Positions 29,721 through 39,879 of a DNA stretch of 64,000 bases are shown in pieces; positions within the stretch are counted from its first letter, which is position 1; each line of letters opens with the position of its first letter. The position numbers were made by a program, and so were the translations under genes. The stretch comes from Bacteroidales bacterium (GTDB lineage: Bacteria; Bacteroidota; Bacteroidia; Bacteroidales; UBA1402): NCBI GenBank assembly GCA_017446025.1, contig JAFSRR010000082.1:11027-75026 (forward strand). The letters run 5' to 3'. The notes below the pieces were generated by a model that had not been told where the DNA came from, did no database searches, and saw only the letters and a program-made list of their open reading frames with translations.

Positions 29721-30433
29721 TGCTTGTTTAGTATTTGCTTGATTTTAGTCGGCACAGTGGCCTGGAATTCTTTCAGATAAAACGGTTCAAAATAGGCGAC
29801 ATCCTCTGTCCGACCAGCCGCCAATGCTTCCTCGGCCGGCCGGATCATGGCCTGGGCCGTCAGTTTGACATCGGCCTCGTAAAACAAAGGACGACGGGCA
29901 ATCACCGGATAACACTTGGCCGCCCCATTGCCGAAGATATAGAGGGGGGCCTCCCCTTCCAGCGTGCTGAAACAATGCTCATCGACCACCAGGGCCTGGG
30001 TCTGGCTCAGAGGCGTCAAGTCGGATCGGAACAGCGCCGTATAGACTTCCATGCGGCGGGCATCGATCATCGGACAAAGCAAGGCCTCCTTGTCCAGGCT
30101 CCCGGCCGGCCTGGTCTCGAGAAATGCCCGGGTCAGCACCTGCAAGGTCGGCACGGCCACCAGGGGCACAGACAAGGCATAGCAGAGCCCTTTGGCCATC
30201 GATACGCCAATGCGCAGCCCTGTGTAGGAACCCGGCCCGCTGCTCACCGCCACGGCATCCAACGACAAATGCGCCTGTTCGGCCACACGCAATGCCTGAT
30301 CCACGTAAACGCCCAGTTGGACGGCATGGGATGGGCCCGCATCGTTACAGGCGGCGAACAAGACTTCGCCGTCCCGGCTCAAGGCCACCGAGCAAAGGGA
30401 GGTGGCAGTCTCTATGTGCAGGATCAGGGCCAT
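29717..30433 (-). CDS. tsaB: tRNA t6A biosynthesis protein TsaB
   Basis: IETAT, GPGSYTGLRIG, IDARRMEVY, FEPFYLK. Confidence 0.95.
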   Translation of the reverse strand: MALILHIETATSLCSVALSRDGEVLFAACNDAGPSHAVQLGVYVDQALRVAEQAHLSLDAVAVSSGPGSYTGLRIGVSMAKGLCYALSVPLVAVPTLQVLTRAFLETRPAGSLDKEALLCPMIDARRMEVYTALFRSDLTPLSQTQALVVDEHCFSTLEGEAPLYIFGNGAAKCYPVIARRPLFYEADVKLTAQAMIRPAEEALAAGRTEDVAYFEPFYLKEFQATVPTKIKQILNKQ

Positions 30434-30900
30434 CAGTCTTGTTTACGGATATGGGACTCTATCAGTTGGGCGCAACAGCGCACATATTCGGCACAGGGGC
30501 GTTTGCGGTAGTATTCCGGTGTACGGGGCGAGGGCTGGGGATCGTCCGACACCCTGGGGCAGGTACCGGAGAGCAGCTCCCCGCAGATGATCGAGCCGTT
30601 CTCGGCGCGGAAAGCGGCGGCCAACTCCTGCACTTTGGCATAGTTGCGCTGCTTGGCCTCCTTGTCGGCGGGATCGGTCTGGCCGTTGTCCAGGCCGTTG
30701 ATCATGAACATGCCCGACACAGCACCGCAGACCTGACGCATCCTGCCCATGCCGCCTCCAAACGAGGCTGACATTTTCAGGGCTGTTTCAGTATCGACTC
30801 CGTAGAGATCGGCATAGGCGGCCACGACCGACTGTGCGCAGTTGTATCCTTCGTGGAAGAGGGCCACTGCCCTTTCAACTCTGTCGTCCGTCATGGTCAT
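30433..30900 (-). CDS. C_GCAxxG_C_C family putative redox-active protein
   Basis: YNCAQSV, CGAVSG, SIICGELL, RPC. Confidence 0.88.
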   Translation of the reverse strand: MTMTDDRVERAVALFHEGYNCAQSVVAAYADLYGVDTETALKMSASFGGGMGRMRQVCGAVSGMFMINGLDNGQTDPADKEAKQRNYAKVQELAAAFRAENGSIICGELLSGTCPRVSDDPQPSPRTPEYYRKRPCAEYVRCCAQLIESHIRKQD

Positions 30901-33266
30901 AAATTTTCAAACATGCCCTCCATACGGTCACTTTCTTCCAACAACCCTTCTGTCTCCCCGCAGGGTTTCAGATAAGGGGCCGGAATGTCGAACGAGTCGG
31001 TCTGGAGATATCCCAGCGAGGGATCGGCATAGACTTTGTTCATATAGATCGCCCAGATGGGCAGGGCCACGTTGGCTCCCTGGCCGTCTGTCATGTAATC
31101 GAAATGGATGTCTCGGTCCTCACCGCCGCCCCAGGCGCCGCTCACCAGCTTGGGCGTGAAGCCCATGAACCAGCCGTCCGAATTGTTCTGGGTCGTACCG
31201 GTCTTGCCGCCCATATCGGCCTTGATGCCATATTTGAAGCGGACACGCACCCCGGTGCCCTCGTTGATGACGGCACGCAGCATGGTCTGCATCTTGTAGC
31301 AGGTCTCCTCGCTGAAGACTTCCGACATCTGGGGGGAGAAATACTCCAGCACATTGCCGTCGTTGTCTTCAATGCGGGTCACAAACAGGGGGGCCACCCG
31401 GATGCCGCCGTTGACAAAAGCCGTATAGGCACTCACCATCTCGGCAATGGATACGTCGCAGGAGCCCAGACAGAGCGAATAGACGGGATCCAGCTCGCCG
31501 CGGATGCCGAACGAACGAAGCATCCTGACAAAGGCATAGGGCGAGAGCTTGCCCATCAGATAGGCGGAGATCCAGTTGTTGGAATTGGCCAGCCCCCAGC
31601 GAAGCGTCACCATTTCACCGACATTCTTGCTGCCACTGTTGCGCGGGCTCCAGGGTTCGCCCGTCTCGGTCATGAGCGTAATGGGCTCGTTGCGCACCGG
31701 GTCGCAGGGACTGAAGCCCTCCTCCATGGCCATGGTGTAGAGATAGGGTTTGATGGTGGAGCCCACCTGCCGGCGGCCGACCATCACCATGTCATACTGG
31801 AAGGGCACGAAGCTGACACCGCCAACATAGGCTTTCACATGGCCGTTGAAGGGGTCCATCGACATGAACCCGGCCCGCAGGAAATGCTTGTGGTAGCGGA
31901 TGGAATCCAAGGGCGACATCACCGTGTCGATCATGCCCTGATAGGAGAACACCTCCATCTCGATGGGCGTCTTGAAGACCTTGCGGATTTCGTCCTGGTT
32001 GAGACCGGCCTTGCGCAGCACGCGGTAGCGTTCGGTCTGACGGGCACTGGTCCAGATGACCGAATCCACTTCCCGGGCCGTCAGGTTGTTGGTATAGGGA
32101 GCATAGCTGCGGCCCTTCTTCTCCTTGAAGAACTTGGGCTGCAGATCCATGGCAATATGTTCATAGACAGCTTCTTCGGCATACTGCTGCATGCGCGAGT
32201 CGATGGTGGTGTAGATCTTCAGGCCGTCATCATAGAGGCTGTAGTAGGAGCCGTCGGGTTTCTTGTTCTTGCGGCACCAGCCAAAAAGCGGATTGGTGGC
32301 CCATGCGATGGAATCGTCGCGATAGAGCTGCGTCTGCCAGGAGGCGTAATTCTTGCGCTCAGGCTTGGCATGCGTCATCATCACTCTGAGGTACTGGCGG
32401 AAATAGGGAGCCAGGCCTTCGGTGTGGCTGATGCGCTGGTAGTCGGTCACTAGGGGCAGTTCCTTGATGGAATCGCGTGCGGCAGGCGACAGGAAACGAT
32501 AGCCCACCATCTGGTTAAGCACCAGGTTGCGGCGCTCCAGGGCACGTTCCTTGTGGCGCAGGGGATTGTAGAGGGATGGGTTCTTGAACATGGCCACCAG
32601 CGTCGCTGCCTGTTCGATGGTCAGTTCCTCGGGCGTCGTGTTGAAATAGACCTTGGCGGCCGTCTTGATTCCCACGGCATTGTAGAGGAAGTCGAACTTG
32701 TTGAGATACATCGTCAGGATTTCCTCCTTGGTATAGAAGCGCTCCAACTGTACGGCGATGACCCATTCCTTGAGCTTCTGCAGCATACGCTCCATGGTGT
32801 TGCGGGCCGGCGGCATGTAAAGCTGCTTGGCCAGCTGCTGGGTGAGCGTACTGCCGCCACCGCCGCTCTTCTGACGCAGCACACCGCGTTTGACCAAGGC
32901 GCGGAAAAACGCCTTGAAATCGACGCCCGAATGCTTGGCAAAACGGACATCTTCCGTAGCCAGCAGCGCCCGCACCATGTTGGGCGAAATCTGCGAATAG
33001 CTCACCGAAATGCGGTTGTCGGTATTCTGATAGTAAGTGGTCAGCAGCTTGCCGTCCGAGGTATAGACTTCACTGGCGAATTTGTTCTTGGGGTTCTCCA
33101 ATTCTTCGATGGGCGGCATGTAACCGGCCTTGCCGTTGACAATGAGGACAAACAGCAGGGCGACAGAGGCGACGCCTAAGGCGAACAATATCCAGAAAGT
33201 CCTCAGTATCAGGGTCAGGACTGGGGTTTTATGTGGTTTGCTTCCAGCACTTTTCTTCTTAGCCAT
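30897..33266 (-). CDS. Class A penicillin-binding protein (PBP1A family)
   Basis: Start reassigned to MAKKK; TEDVRF..HSG, GGSTLTQQLAK transglycosylase motifs; STIK, SNN, KTGT transpeptidase motifs. Confidence 0.93.
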   Translation of the reverse strand: MAKKKSAGSKPHKTPVLTLILRTFWILFALGVASVALLFVLIVNGKAGYMPPIEELENPKNKFASEVYTSDGKLLTTYYQNTDNRISVSYSQISPNMVRALLATEDVRFAKHSGVDFKAFFRALVKRGVLRQKSGGGGSTLTQQLAKQLYMPPARNTMERMLQKLKEWVIAVQLERFYTKEEILTMYLNKFDFLYNAVGIKTAAKVYFNTTPEELTIEQAATLVAMFKNPSLYNPLRHKERALERRNLVLNQMVGYRFLSPAARDSIKELPLVTDYQRISHTEGLAPYFRQYLRVMMTHAKPERKNYASWQTQLYRDDSIAWATNPLFGWCRKNKKPDGSYYSLYDDGLKIYTTIDSRMQQYAEEAVYEHIAMDLQPKFFKEKKGRSYAPYTNNLTAREVDSVIWTSARQTERYRVLRKAGLNQDEIRKVFKTPIEMEVFSYQGMIDTVMSPLDSIRYHKHFLRAGFMSMDPFNGHVKAYVGGVSFVPFQYDMVMVGRRQVGSTIKPYLYTMAMEEGFSPCDPVRNEPITLMTETGEPWSPRNSGSKNVGEMVTLRWGLANSNNWISAYLMGKLSPYAFVRMLRSFGIRGELDPVYSLCLGSCDVSIAEMVSAYTAFVNGGIRVAPLFVTRIEDNDGNVLEYFSPQMSEVFSEETCYKMQTMLRAVINEGTGVRVRFKYGIKADMGGKTGTTQNNSDGWFMGFTPKLVSGAWGGGEDRDIHFDYMTDGQGANVALPIWAIYMNKVYADPSLGYLQTDSFDIPAPYLKPCGETEGLLEESDRMEGMFENL

Positions 33267-33288
33267 TTTAATACATGTATATTGCTTA

Positions 33289-33357
33289 CAAAAGTAGTAC
33301 AAGTCGGGGGTAATCACAAAAAAAAATTGTGTTTGCAGAGAAAATGACCTACCTTTG
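33289..33357. promoter_or_regulatory. Divergent promoters for the PBP1A operon (-) and pyrB (+)
   Basis: TACTTTTG on the minus strand at 33289-33296; TACCTTTG on the plus strand at 33350-33357. Confidence 0.7.
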
Positions 33358-33380
33358 CCAGCGTTAATACACAACATCGT

Positions 33381-34292
33381 ATGTCAGCGAAAAGTCTGGT
33401 CTCCATCAGCGACTATTCCAAAGAACAAATCCTCCGGATTCTAGATCTTGCAACGGGCTTTGAAGCCTGCCCCAACCAGCGTATCCTGGAAGGCAAAGTC
33501 GCCGCCACCCTGTTCTTCGAGCCCTCCACCCGTACCCGGCTCAGTTTTGAGACCGCCGTCAACCGGCTGGGCGGCAAAGTCATCGGCTTTTCCGATGCCG
33601 CCACCTCCAGCAGCACCAAGGGCGAGACCTTGAAGGACACCATCAAGATGGTCTCCAACTATGCCGACATCATCATCATGCGCCACTATCTGGAAGGCGC
33701 TGCCCGCTATGCTTCCCAGGTGACCGACATCCCCATTGTCAACGCCGGTGACGGAGCCAACCAGCATCCCTCCCAGACCCTGCTCGACCTCTACTCCATC
33801 CGTAAGACCCAGGGGCGCCTCGAAGGACTGAACATTGCCCTGGTCGGCGACCTGAAGTATGGCCGCACCGTTCATTCCCTTTTGATGGCCATGAAGCATT
33901 TCCCGTCCACCTTCTATTTCGTGGCGCCCGAAGAGCTGGCCATGCCCGCCGAATACAAGCAGTTCTGCCGCGACAACGGCATCAAGTGGCACGAGACCTC
34001 GGTGTTCAGCCAAGAGATTATCAACCAGGCCGACATCATCTACATGACCCGCGTCCAGAAAGAGCGTTTCACCGACCTGGTCGAATACGAACGGGTCAAG
34101 AACGCCTTCATCCTGCGCAACAACATGCTCGACAATTCGCGCGACAACCTGAAGATCCTGCATCCCCTGCCCCGTGTCAACGAGATCGCCCAGGATGTGG
34201 ACGACAACCCCAAAGCCTACTATTTCCAGCAGGCCCGCAACGGTCTCTACGTGAGACAGGCCATCATCAGCAGTTTATTAGACTTAGTGTAG
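33381..34292 (+). CDS. pyrB: Aspartate carbamoyltransferase catalytic subunit
   Basis: [27 protein letters not shown]. Confidence 0.98.
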   Translation: MSAKSLVSISDYSKEQILRILDLATGFEACPNQRILEGKVAATLFFEPSTRTRLSFETAVNRLGGKVIGFSDAATSSSTKGETLKDTIKMVSNYADIIIMRHYLEGAARYASQVTDIPIVNAGDGANQHPSQTLLDLYSIRKTQGRLEGLNIALVGDLKYGRTVHSLLMAMKHFPSTFYFVAPEELAMPAEYKQFCRDNGIKWHETSVFSQEIINQADIIYMTRVQKERFTDLVEYERVKNAFILRNNMLDNSRDNLKILHPLPRVNEIAQDVDDNPKAYYFQQARNGLYVRQAIISSLLDLV

Positions 34293-34297
34293 CAGCC

Positions 34298-34756
34298 ATG
34301 GCAGACAAGAGTGAAATGCAGGTCAAGGCCCTGAAAAACGGCACCGTCATCGACCATATCCCCTCAGACAAGTTGTTCAAGGTGGTATCCATATTGAAAC
34401 TCGACAAGATCGACAGCGAAGTGACCATCGGCAACAACCTCACCAGCCGCCTGATGGGACGCAAAGGCATCATCAAGATTGCCGACCGCTATTTCGAGGA
34501 GGATGAGATCAACCGCATCGCCCTGATCGCTCCCAAGGCCAAGATCAATACCATCCGCGACTACGAGGTGGTCGAGAAAAAAATCATAGAATTGCCCGAA
34601 GAAATCAGCGGTTTGGTCAGATGCGTCAATCCCAAGTGCATCACCAACAACGAGCCCATGGAGCCTTGCTACCGGGTGGTCGGACGCAGTCCGCTCACCT
34701 TGAAGTGCTGCTACTGCGAACACACCATGTCCCAAGAAGAAATCAAGTTGCTGTAA
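34298..34756 (+). CDS. pyrI: Aspartate carbamoyltransferase regulatory subunit
   Basis: Start reassigned to MADKSE; GTVIDHI, C.NPKCITN, C.YCE zinc site. Confidence 0.96.
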   Translation: MADKSEMQVKALKNGTVIDHIPSDKLFKVVSILKLDKIDSEVTIGNNLTSRLMGRKGIIKIADRYFEEDEINRIALIAPKAKINTIRDYEVVEKKIIELPEEISGLVRCVNPKCITNNEPMEPCYRVVGRSPLTLKCCYCEHTMSQEEIKLL

Positions 34757-34760
34757 GTCG

Positions 34761-35330
34761 ATGAAACAACAGTGGAAACCTGGTACCATGATCTATCCGC
34801 TGCCGGCCGTGCTGGTCAGCTGCGGCGCCGCGCCCGATGAGTACAACCTGCTCACAGTGGCCTGGACCGGCACCATCTGCAGCGAACCGCCGATGTGCTA
34901 TGTATCCATCCGCCGCGAGCGTCATTCCTACGATATCATCCGCCGCAACATGGCCTTTGTCATCAACCTGACCACCGAAGAGCTGGCCCGCGCCACCGAC
35001 TGGTGCGGAGTCCGGAGCGGCCGTCAGTATGACAAGTTCAAGGAGATGGGCCTCACGCCCGTCCCGGCCCGTCTGGTGCAGGCTCCCATCGTGGACGAGG
35101 CCCCGGTCAACATCGAATGCCGGGTCAGGGAAATCATCAGCCTGGGCTCGCACGACATGTTCCTGGCAGAAGTGGTCAATGTGCAGGCCGACGACCGCTA
35201 TCTGGATCCCGAGAGCGGCAAGCTGGACCTGGCCGCCGCCCGCCCGCTGGTCTATGACCACGGCAAATACTACAGCCTGGGGCAGGAAATCGGCAAGTTC
35301 GGATGGACGGTCGAGAAAAAGAACAAATAG
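34761..35330 (+). CDS. Flavin reductase family protein
   Basis: [32 protein letters not shown]. Confidence 0.9.
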   Translation: MKQQWKPGTMIYPLPAVLVSCGAAPDEYNLLTVAWTGTICSEPPMCYVSIRRERHSYDIIRRNMAFVINLTTEELARATDWCGVRSGRQYDKFKEMGLTPVPARLVQAPIVDEAPVNIECRVREIISLGSHDMFLAEVVNVQADDRYLDPESGKLDLAAARPLVYDHGKYYSLGQEIGKFGWTVEKKNK

Positions 35331-35371
35331 GAAAAACAAACCATATCATTAATTCAAAACAAAGCATTGCT

Positions 35372-36652
35372 ATGCAGCGAGACAACGCATTATTCGAGAT
35401 CATCGAAAGAGAACATCAGCGTCAGCTGAAAGGGGTGGAACTCATCGCCTCCGAAAATTTTGTCAGTGACCAGGTGATGCAGGCCATGGGGTCCTGCCTG
35501 ACCAACAAATATGCAGAAGGTTATGCCGGCCACCGCTATTACGGAGGCTGCGAGGTGGTTGACCAGGCCGAGACGCTGGCCATCGACCGCATCAAACAGC
35601 TGTTCGGTGCCGAATATGCCAATGTGCAGCCCCACTCGGGCGCACAGGCCAACGCTGCCGTTTTCCTGTCTGTCATGAATCCCGGCGACAAGTTCCTGGG
35701 ACTCAACCTGGCCCATGGCGGTCACCTGTCGCACGGTTCGCCCGTGAACTTCTCAGGCTTGTTTTTCCAGGCCTTGGAATACAATGTCCGTGAAGATACC
35801 GGCCGGGTCGATTACGACCAGATGGAGGAAGTCGCCCTGAGAGAGCGTCCCAAGATGATCATCGGCGGTGCTTCGGCTTATTCACGCGAATGGGACTATG
35901 CCCGCATGAGAGCCATCGCCGACAAGATCGGCGCCATCCTGATGATCGACATGGCCCATCCGGCCGGCCTGATTGCCGCAGGTTTGCTCAACAACCCGCT
36001 GAAATACGCCCACATCGTCACCTCCACCACCCACAAGACACTGCGTGGCCCCAGAGGCGGTATTATCCTGCTGGGCAAGGACTTTGACAATCCCTGGGGC
36101 AAAACCACTCCCAAGGGCGTCGTCAAGAAGATGTCTCAACTCATCGACTCAGCCGTCTTCCCCGGCATCCAGGGCGGACCGCTCGAGCATGTCATCGCTG
36201 CCAAAGCCGTCGCTTTCGGCGAAGCCCTGCAGCCCGAATACAAGACCTACCAGCAGCAGGTCAAGAAAAACGCCGCTGTCATGGCCCAGGCTTTCATGGA
36301 CAAGGGTTACAAAGTAATCTCCGGCGGTACCGACAACCATTCGATGCTCATCGACCTGCGCGCCAAATTCCCCGAATTGACCGGTAAAATGGCCGAAAAT
36401 GCATTGATACAGGCCGACATCACCATCAACAAGAACATGGTGCCCTTCGACAGCCGCTCACCTTTCCAGACCTCCGGTATCCGTGTCGGTACTCCGGCCA
36501 TGACCACCCGTGGCGCCAAGGAAGACCTCATGTGCGAAATCGTCGAATGGATGGATGATGTCATGTCGCATCCCGAAGACCAGCAGGTCATCAAGAGCGT
36601 TCGCGAAAAAGTGAACGCCACGATGAAGGGCTATCCCATCTTCGCTTACTAA
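35372..36652 (+). CDS. glyA: Serine hydroxymethyltransferase
   Basis: [32 protein letters not shown]. Confidence 0.98.
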   Translation: MQRDNALFEIIEREHQRQLKGVELIASENFVSDQVMQAMGSCLTNKYAEGYAGHRYYGGCEVVDQAETLAIDRIKQLFGAEYANVQPHSGAQANAAVFLSVMNPGDKFLGLNLAHGGHLSHGSPVNFSGLFFQALEYNVREDTGRVDYDQMEEVALRERPKMIIGGASAYSREWDYARMRAIADKIGAILMIDMAHPAGLIAAGLLNNPLKYAHIVTSTTHKTLRGPRGGIILLGKDFDNPWGKTTPKGVVKKMSQLIDSAVFPGIQGGPLEHVIAAKAVAFGEALQPEYKTYQQQVKKNAAVMAQAFMDKGYKVISGGTDNHSMLIDLRAKFPELTGKMAENALIQADITINKNMVPFDSRSPFQTSGIRVGTPAMTTRGAKEDLMCEIVEWMDDVMSHPEDQQVIKSVREKVNATMKGYPIFAY

Positions 36653-36658
36653 GAGTCG

Positions 36659-37990
36659 TTGAAAATATCAGCGACAGCCAAGTACATCAACCGGGAAGTG
36701 CTCCGCCTGGCACTGCCCAGCATTCTGGCCGGTATCACCATTCCCCTGGTGGGCATGGCCGATACAGCCATTGCCGGACGATTGGGATCGGCCGCCCATA
36801 TCGGCGCCATTGCACTGGGTTCCACCATGTTCGACTGGCTCTACTGGAACATGAGTTTCCTGCGCATGGGCACTGCCGGCATCACAGCCCAGGCCTTCGG
36901 ACGGGCCGACCTTCGCAAAGCCGTCTCCACATTTATGCAAGGCATGGCCGTCGCACTGGGCATCTCGCTGTTGATAATGATCTTCCAGCGTCCCTACGCG
37001 CGGCTTTTCTTCCTCATCACCCCCACTTCGCCGGAGACCATGCAACTGGCCCTGACATATTTCTACATCAGGGTATGGGCTGCCCCGGCCGCATTGTCGC
37101 TGTTTACCGTCAGGGGCTGGTTTTTCGGTATGCAGAACAGCATCGGTCCCATGCTCGTCGACATCATCGTCAATATTGTCAACATCGTGGCCAGCTGGTA
37201 TTTTGCCTTGCATCTTGACATGGGGGTGGCCGGCATCGCCCTGGGTACGGTCGTGGCCCAGTATACCGGACTGTTGACTGGGTGTTTGCTGCTGTGGATC
37301 TATTTCAGGAAATACCGCTCCTACCTCGACTGGAAAGACATTCTGGTCAAAGATGACCTGAAACGCTTCTTTTCCATCAACGCCAACCTGTTTATCCGCT
37401 CCATCTGCATGCTGCTGGTCTATAGCGGGTTCACCATGCTGTCGAGCCACTTTGGCGATATGGCACTGGCCGTCTCCTCCATCATGATGAAACTCCTGTT
37501 GCTTTATTCCTACTTCATCGATGGTTTCGCCTATGCCGGCGAGGCACTGACCGGACGCTTCATCGGAGAAAAGAACGAAAACGCCGTCAAACTGTGCATC
37601 AAACTCCTGTTTACCTGGTGCGTACTGATTGGAATCATCTCAACCATAGTATATTACGTCGGTGACGAATGGCTCCTGGGCATCATGACATCGGTCGACA
37701 CGGTCAAGGCCGCCTGTCGTCCCTATCTGGTGTGGCTCTATGTCATGCCTTTCATTTCCTGCATTGCCTTTACCTGGGACGGCATCTTCATCGGGGCCAC
37801 CGCCTCGAGGGCCATCCGCAACACCATGTTTTATGCCGTGGCCGCCTTCTACCTGAGCTATCTGATACTGCAACCTGTTATCGGCTTCCAATCGCTATGG
37901 ATCGCCTATGCCGCCCATCTGGTGGTCCGTTCCGTGGCCATGACCATGTTCGCGCCCCATCACGTCTATGCCCGGGTCCACGCCGGTTGA
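36659..37990 (+). CDS. MATE family efflux transporter (DinF-like)
   Basis: About 12 TM segments; PLVGMADTA, FLRMGTAG.TAQA.G, DGFAYAGEALTG, DGIFIGAT; TTG start. Confidence 0.9.
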   Translation: MKISATAKYINREVLRLALPSILAGITIPLVGMADTAIAGRLGSAAHIGAIALGSTMFDWLYWNMSFLRMGTAGITAQAFGRADLRKAVSTFMQGMAVALGISLLIMIFQRPYARLFFLITPTSPETMQLALTYFYIRVWAAPAALSLFTVRGWFFGMQNSIGPMLVDIIVNIVNIVASWYFALHLDMGVAGIALGTVVAQYTGLLTGCLLLWIYFRKYRSYLDWKDILVKDDLKRFFSINANLFIRSICMLLVYSGFTMLSSHFGDMALAVSSIMMKLLLLYSYFIDGFAYAGEALTGRFIGEKNENAVKLCIKLLFTWCVLIGIISTIVYYVGDEWLLGIMTSVDTVKAACRPYLVWLYVMPFISCIAFTWDGIFIGATASRAIRNTMFYAVAAFYLSYLILQPVIGFQSLWIAYAAHLVVRSVAMTMFAPHHVYARVHAG

Positions 37991-38204
37991 CCGCCCCGGT
38001 AGGCATAGTTGCCGGCAACCACTATCCGACCTCGTTTGCATTTTTGAAAGAAATAGTTTATCTTCGTGGTAGAGATATTCATTTTTCGAAAAGACGTAAA
38101 CAAATCAGCGGACTTTACCTACCCGCCTGATCGCTTGACCCACCTGATCCCAACCTGAAAGGGTTCCTTTATTTTTCAACCTCAACCATCTTTTTATATG
38201 ATCC

Positions 38205-38924
38205 ATGGCACCTAAGAAAAACATTCCACGTGTGAGTAGCCGATTGCGGCAAAACATTTTGAGAACGCCGACGGAAATCCGTCGAGCCAGTGGTATCCTT
38301 ATCTATGGAAGGCGCATCAAAAGCCTCATTTTCACAACAGACATAGCCATCATCCGCAACTGCGACGCAGATGCCATCATGGCCGTGTATCCCTTCACCC
38401 CGCAACAAACCATCAGCGATTCCATCATCAAGCATTCTTCCCGGCCGGTGTTCTGCGGCATCGGCGGCGGAACCACCAAGGGGCTGCGCACGGTATCCTT
38501 GGCCAAAGATGTGGAGAGTCAAGGAGCCATGGGGGTCGTACTCAACGCTCCCACCTCCAATGCCGACCTCAAGGCCGTGGCAGAAGCAGTCGAAATTCCG
38601 ACAATCATCACAATCGTCAGTCCCGCCACCGACATCCGATCTCGTATCGAAGCCGGCGCCTCGATACTAAATGTGGCCGGCGGACGGGAAACCGTGGGCA
38701 TCGTCCGGATGATTCGGAAAAAATATCCTGAGACACCTATCATCGCCACCGGCGGAAAAACGGCCGACAGCATTCTGGCGACTATCGAAGCAGGGGCAAA
38801 TGCCATCACCTACACACCTCCCAGCATACAAGAGATGTTCAAGCAGATGATGGGCAACTACCGCAACGATGCGGCAGCCCGGGACGACCAGGATATCCAT
38901 CTGGGAGAAACCTGGCTGGGATGA
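38205..38924 (+). CDS. Uncharacterised TIM-barrel protein ('hydrolase')
   Basis: Beta/alpha alternation; AVYPFTP, GIGGGTT, GVVLNAP, NVAGG, PIIATGG, AGANAI phosphate-binding-like C-terminus. Confidence 0.7.
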   Translation: MAPKKNIPRVSSRLRQNILRTPTEIRRASGILIYGRRIKSLIFTTDIAIIRNCDADAIMAVYPFTPQQTISDSIIKHSSRPVFCGIGGGTTKGLRTVSLAKDVESQGAMGVVLNAPTSNADLKAVAEAVEIPTIITIVSPATDIRSRIEAGASILNVAGGRETVGIVRMIRKKYPETPIIATGGKTADSILATIEAGANAITYTPPSIQEMFKQMMGNYRNDAAARDDQDIHLGETWLG

Positions 38925-38981
38925 TTCCGTGACGAGGGGATTAATTTTTTCCTTATCTTCGCGGCGAAAAAGGATTCCATT

Positions 38982-39869
38982 ATGAAAAAGCATCTGAAGG
39001 TAGGATTGGTCCAAGCCCGTATCGGCGCAGATATAGAAGCCAACAAGCTGCACCTCAAAGAGATGATTGTCGACTGCTGCCGGCAGGGAGCCCAACTGGT
39101 CGTCCTGCAGGAGTTGCACAACAGCCGCTACTTCTGCCAAAGCGAGGATACCACCCTCTTTGACCTGGCCGAGAGCATTCCCGGTCCGTCGACAGATTTC
39201 TACGGCCAACTGGCTGCAGAGCAACAGATTGTACTGGTCTGTTCGCTGTTCGAGCGCCGGGCCGCCGGCCTCTACCACAATACAGCCGTTGTCATCGACA
39301 AGGACGGACACATAGCCGGCAAATACCGCAAGATGCACATTCCCGACGATCCCGCCTATTACGAGAAATTCTACTTCGCCCCGGGCGACCTTGGCTTCCA
39401 TCCCATCTCCACCAGCGTCGGCCGGCTGGGCGTGCTGGTCTGCTGGGACCAGTGGTATCCCGAAGCCGCCCGCGTCATGGCGCTGCAGGGAGCCGATCTG
39501 CTCATCTACCCCACGGCCATCGGCTGGGAATCGAGCGACAGTCCGGCCGAAAAGGAGCGCCAACAGCAGGCCTGGTCCCTGTCACAGCGCGGTCATGCCG
39601 TGGCCAACGGCCTGCCGGTGATCTCGGTAAACCGCGTCGGACACGAGCCCGACCCTTCAGGCCAGACCCGTGGCATCGATTTTTGGGGACACAGTTTCGT
39701 GGCCGGTCCGCAGGGAGAGATTCTGGCCCAAGCCTCCGACACGGACGAGGAAGTCCTGGTCGTGGACATCGACCTAAGACGCAGCGAAGAGGTACGACGC
39801 TGGTGGCCCTTTCTCAGGGACCGTCGCATCGACAGCTATCAGGATATCCTGAAACGTTTCGCGGATTAA
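38982..39869 (+). CDS. aguB: Carbon-nitrogen hydrolase, N-carbamoylputrescine amidase-like
   Basis: Catalytic triad LQEL, YRKMHIPDDP.YYEKFYF, CWDQWYPE. Confidence 0.85.
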   Translation: MKKHLKVGLVQARIGADIEANKLHLKEMIVDCCRQGAQLVVLQELHNSRYFCQSEDTTLFDLAESIPGPSTDFYGQLAAEQQIVLVCSLFERRAAGLYHNTAVVIDKDGHIAGKYRKMHIPDDPAYYEKFYFAPGDLGFHPISTSVGRLGVLVCWDQWYPEAARVMALQGADLLIYPTAIGWESSDSPAEKERQQQAWSLSQRGHAVANGLPVISVNRVGHEPDPSGQTRGIDFWGHSFVAGPQGEILAQASDTDEEVLVVDIDLRRSEEVRRWWPFLRDRRIDSYQDILKRFAD

Positions 39870-39879
39870 AGCAAGCAGA

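Noticed and set aside
38008-38019. Perfect 12-bp palindrome GTTGCCGGCAAC after the MATE gene
   Set aside because: Single short GC-rich occurrence within a probable 3' hairpin; no support as an operator
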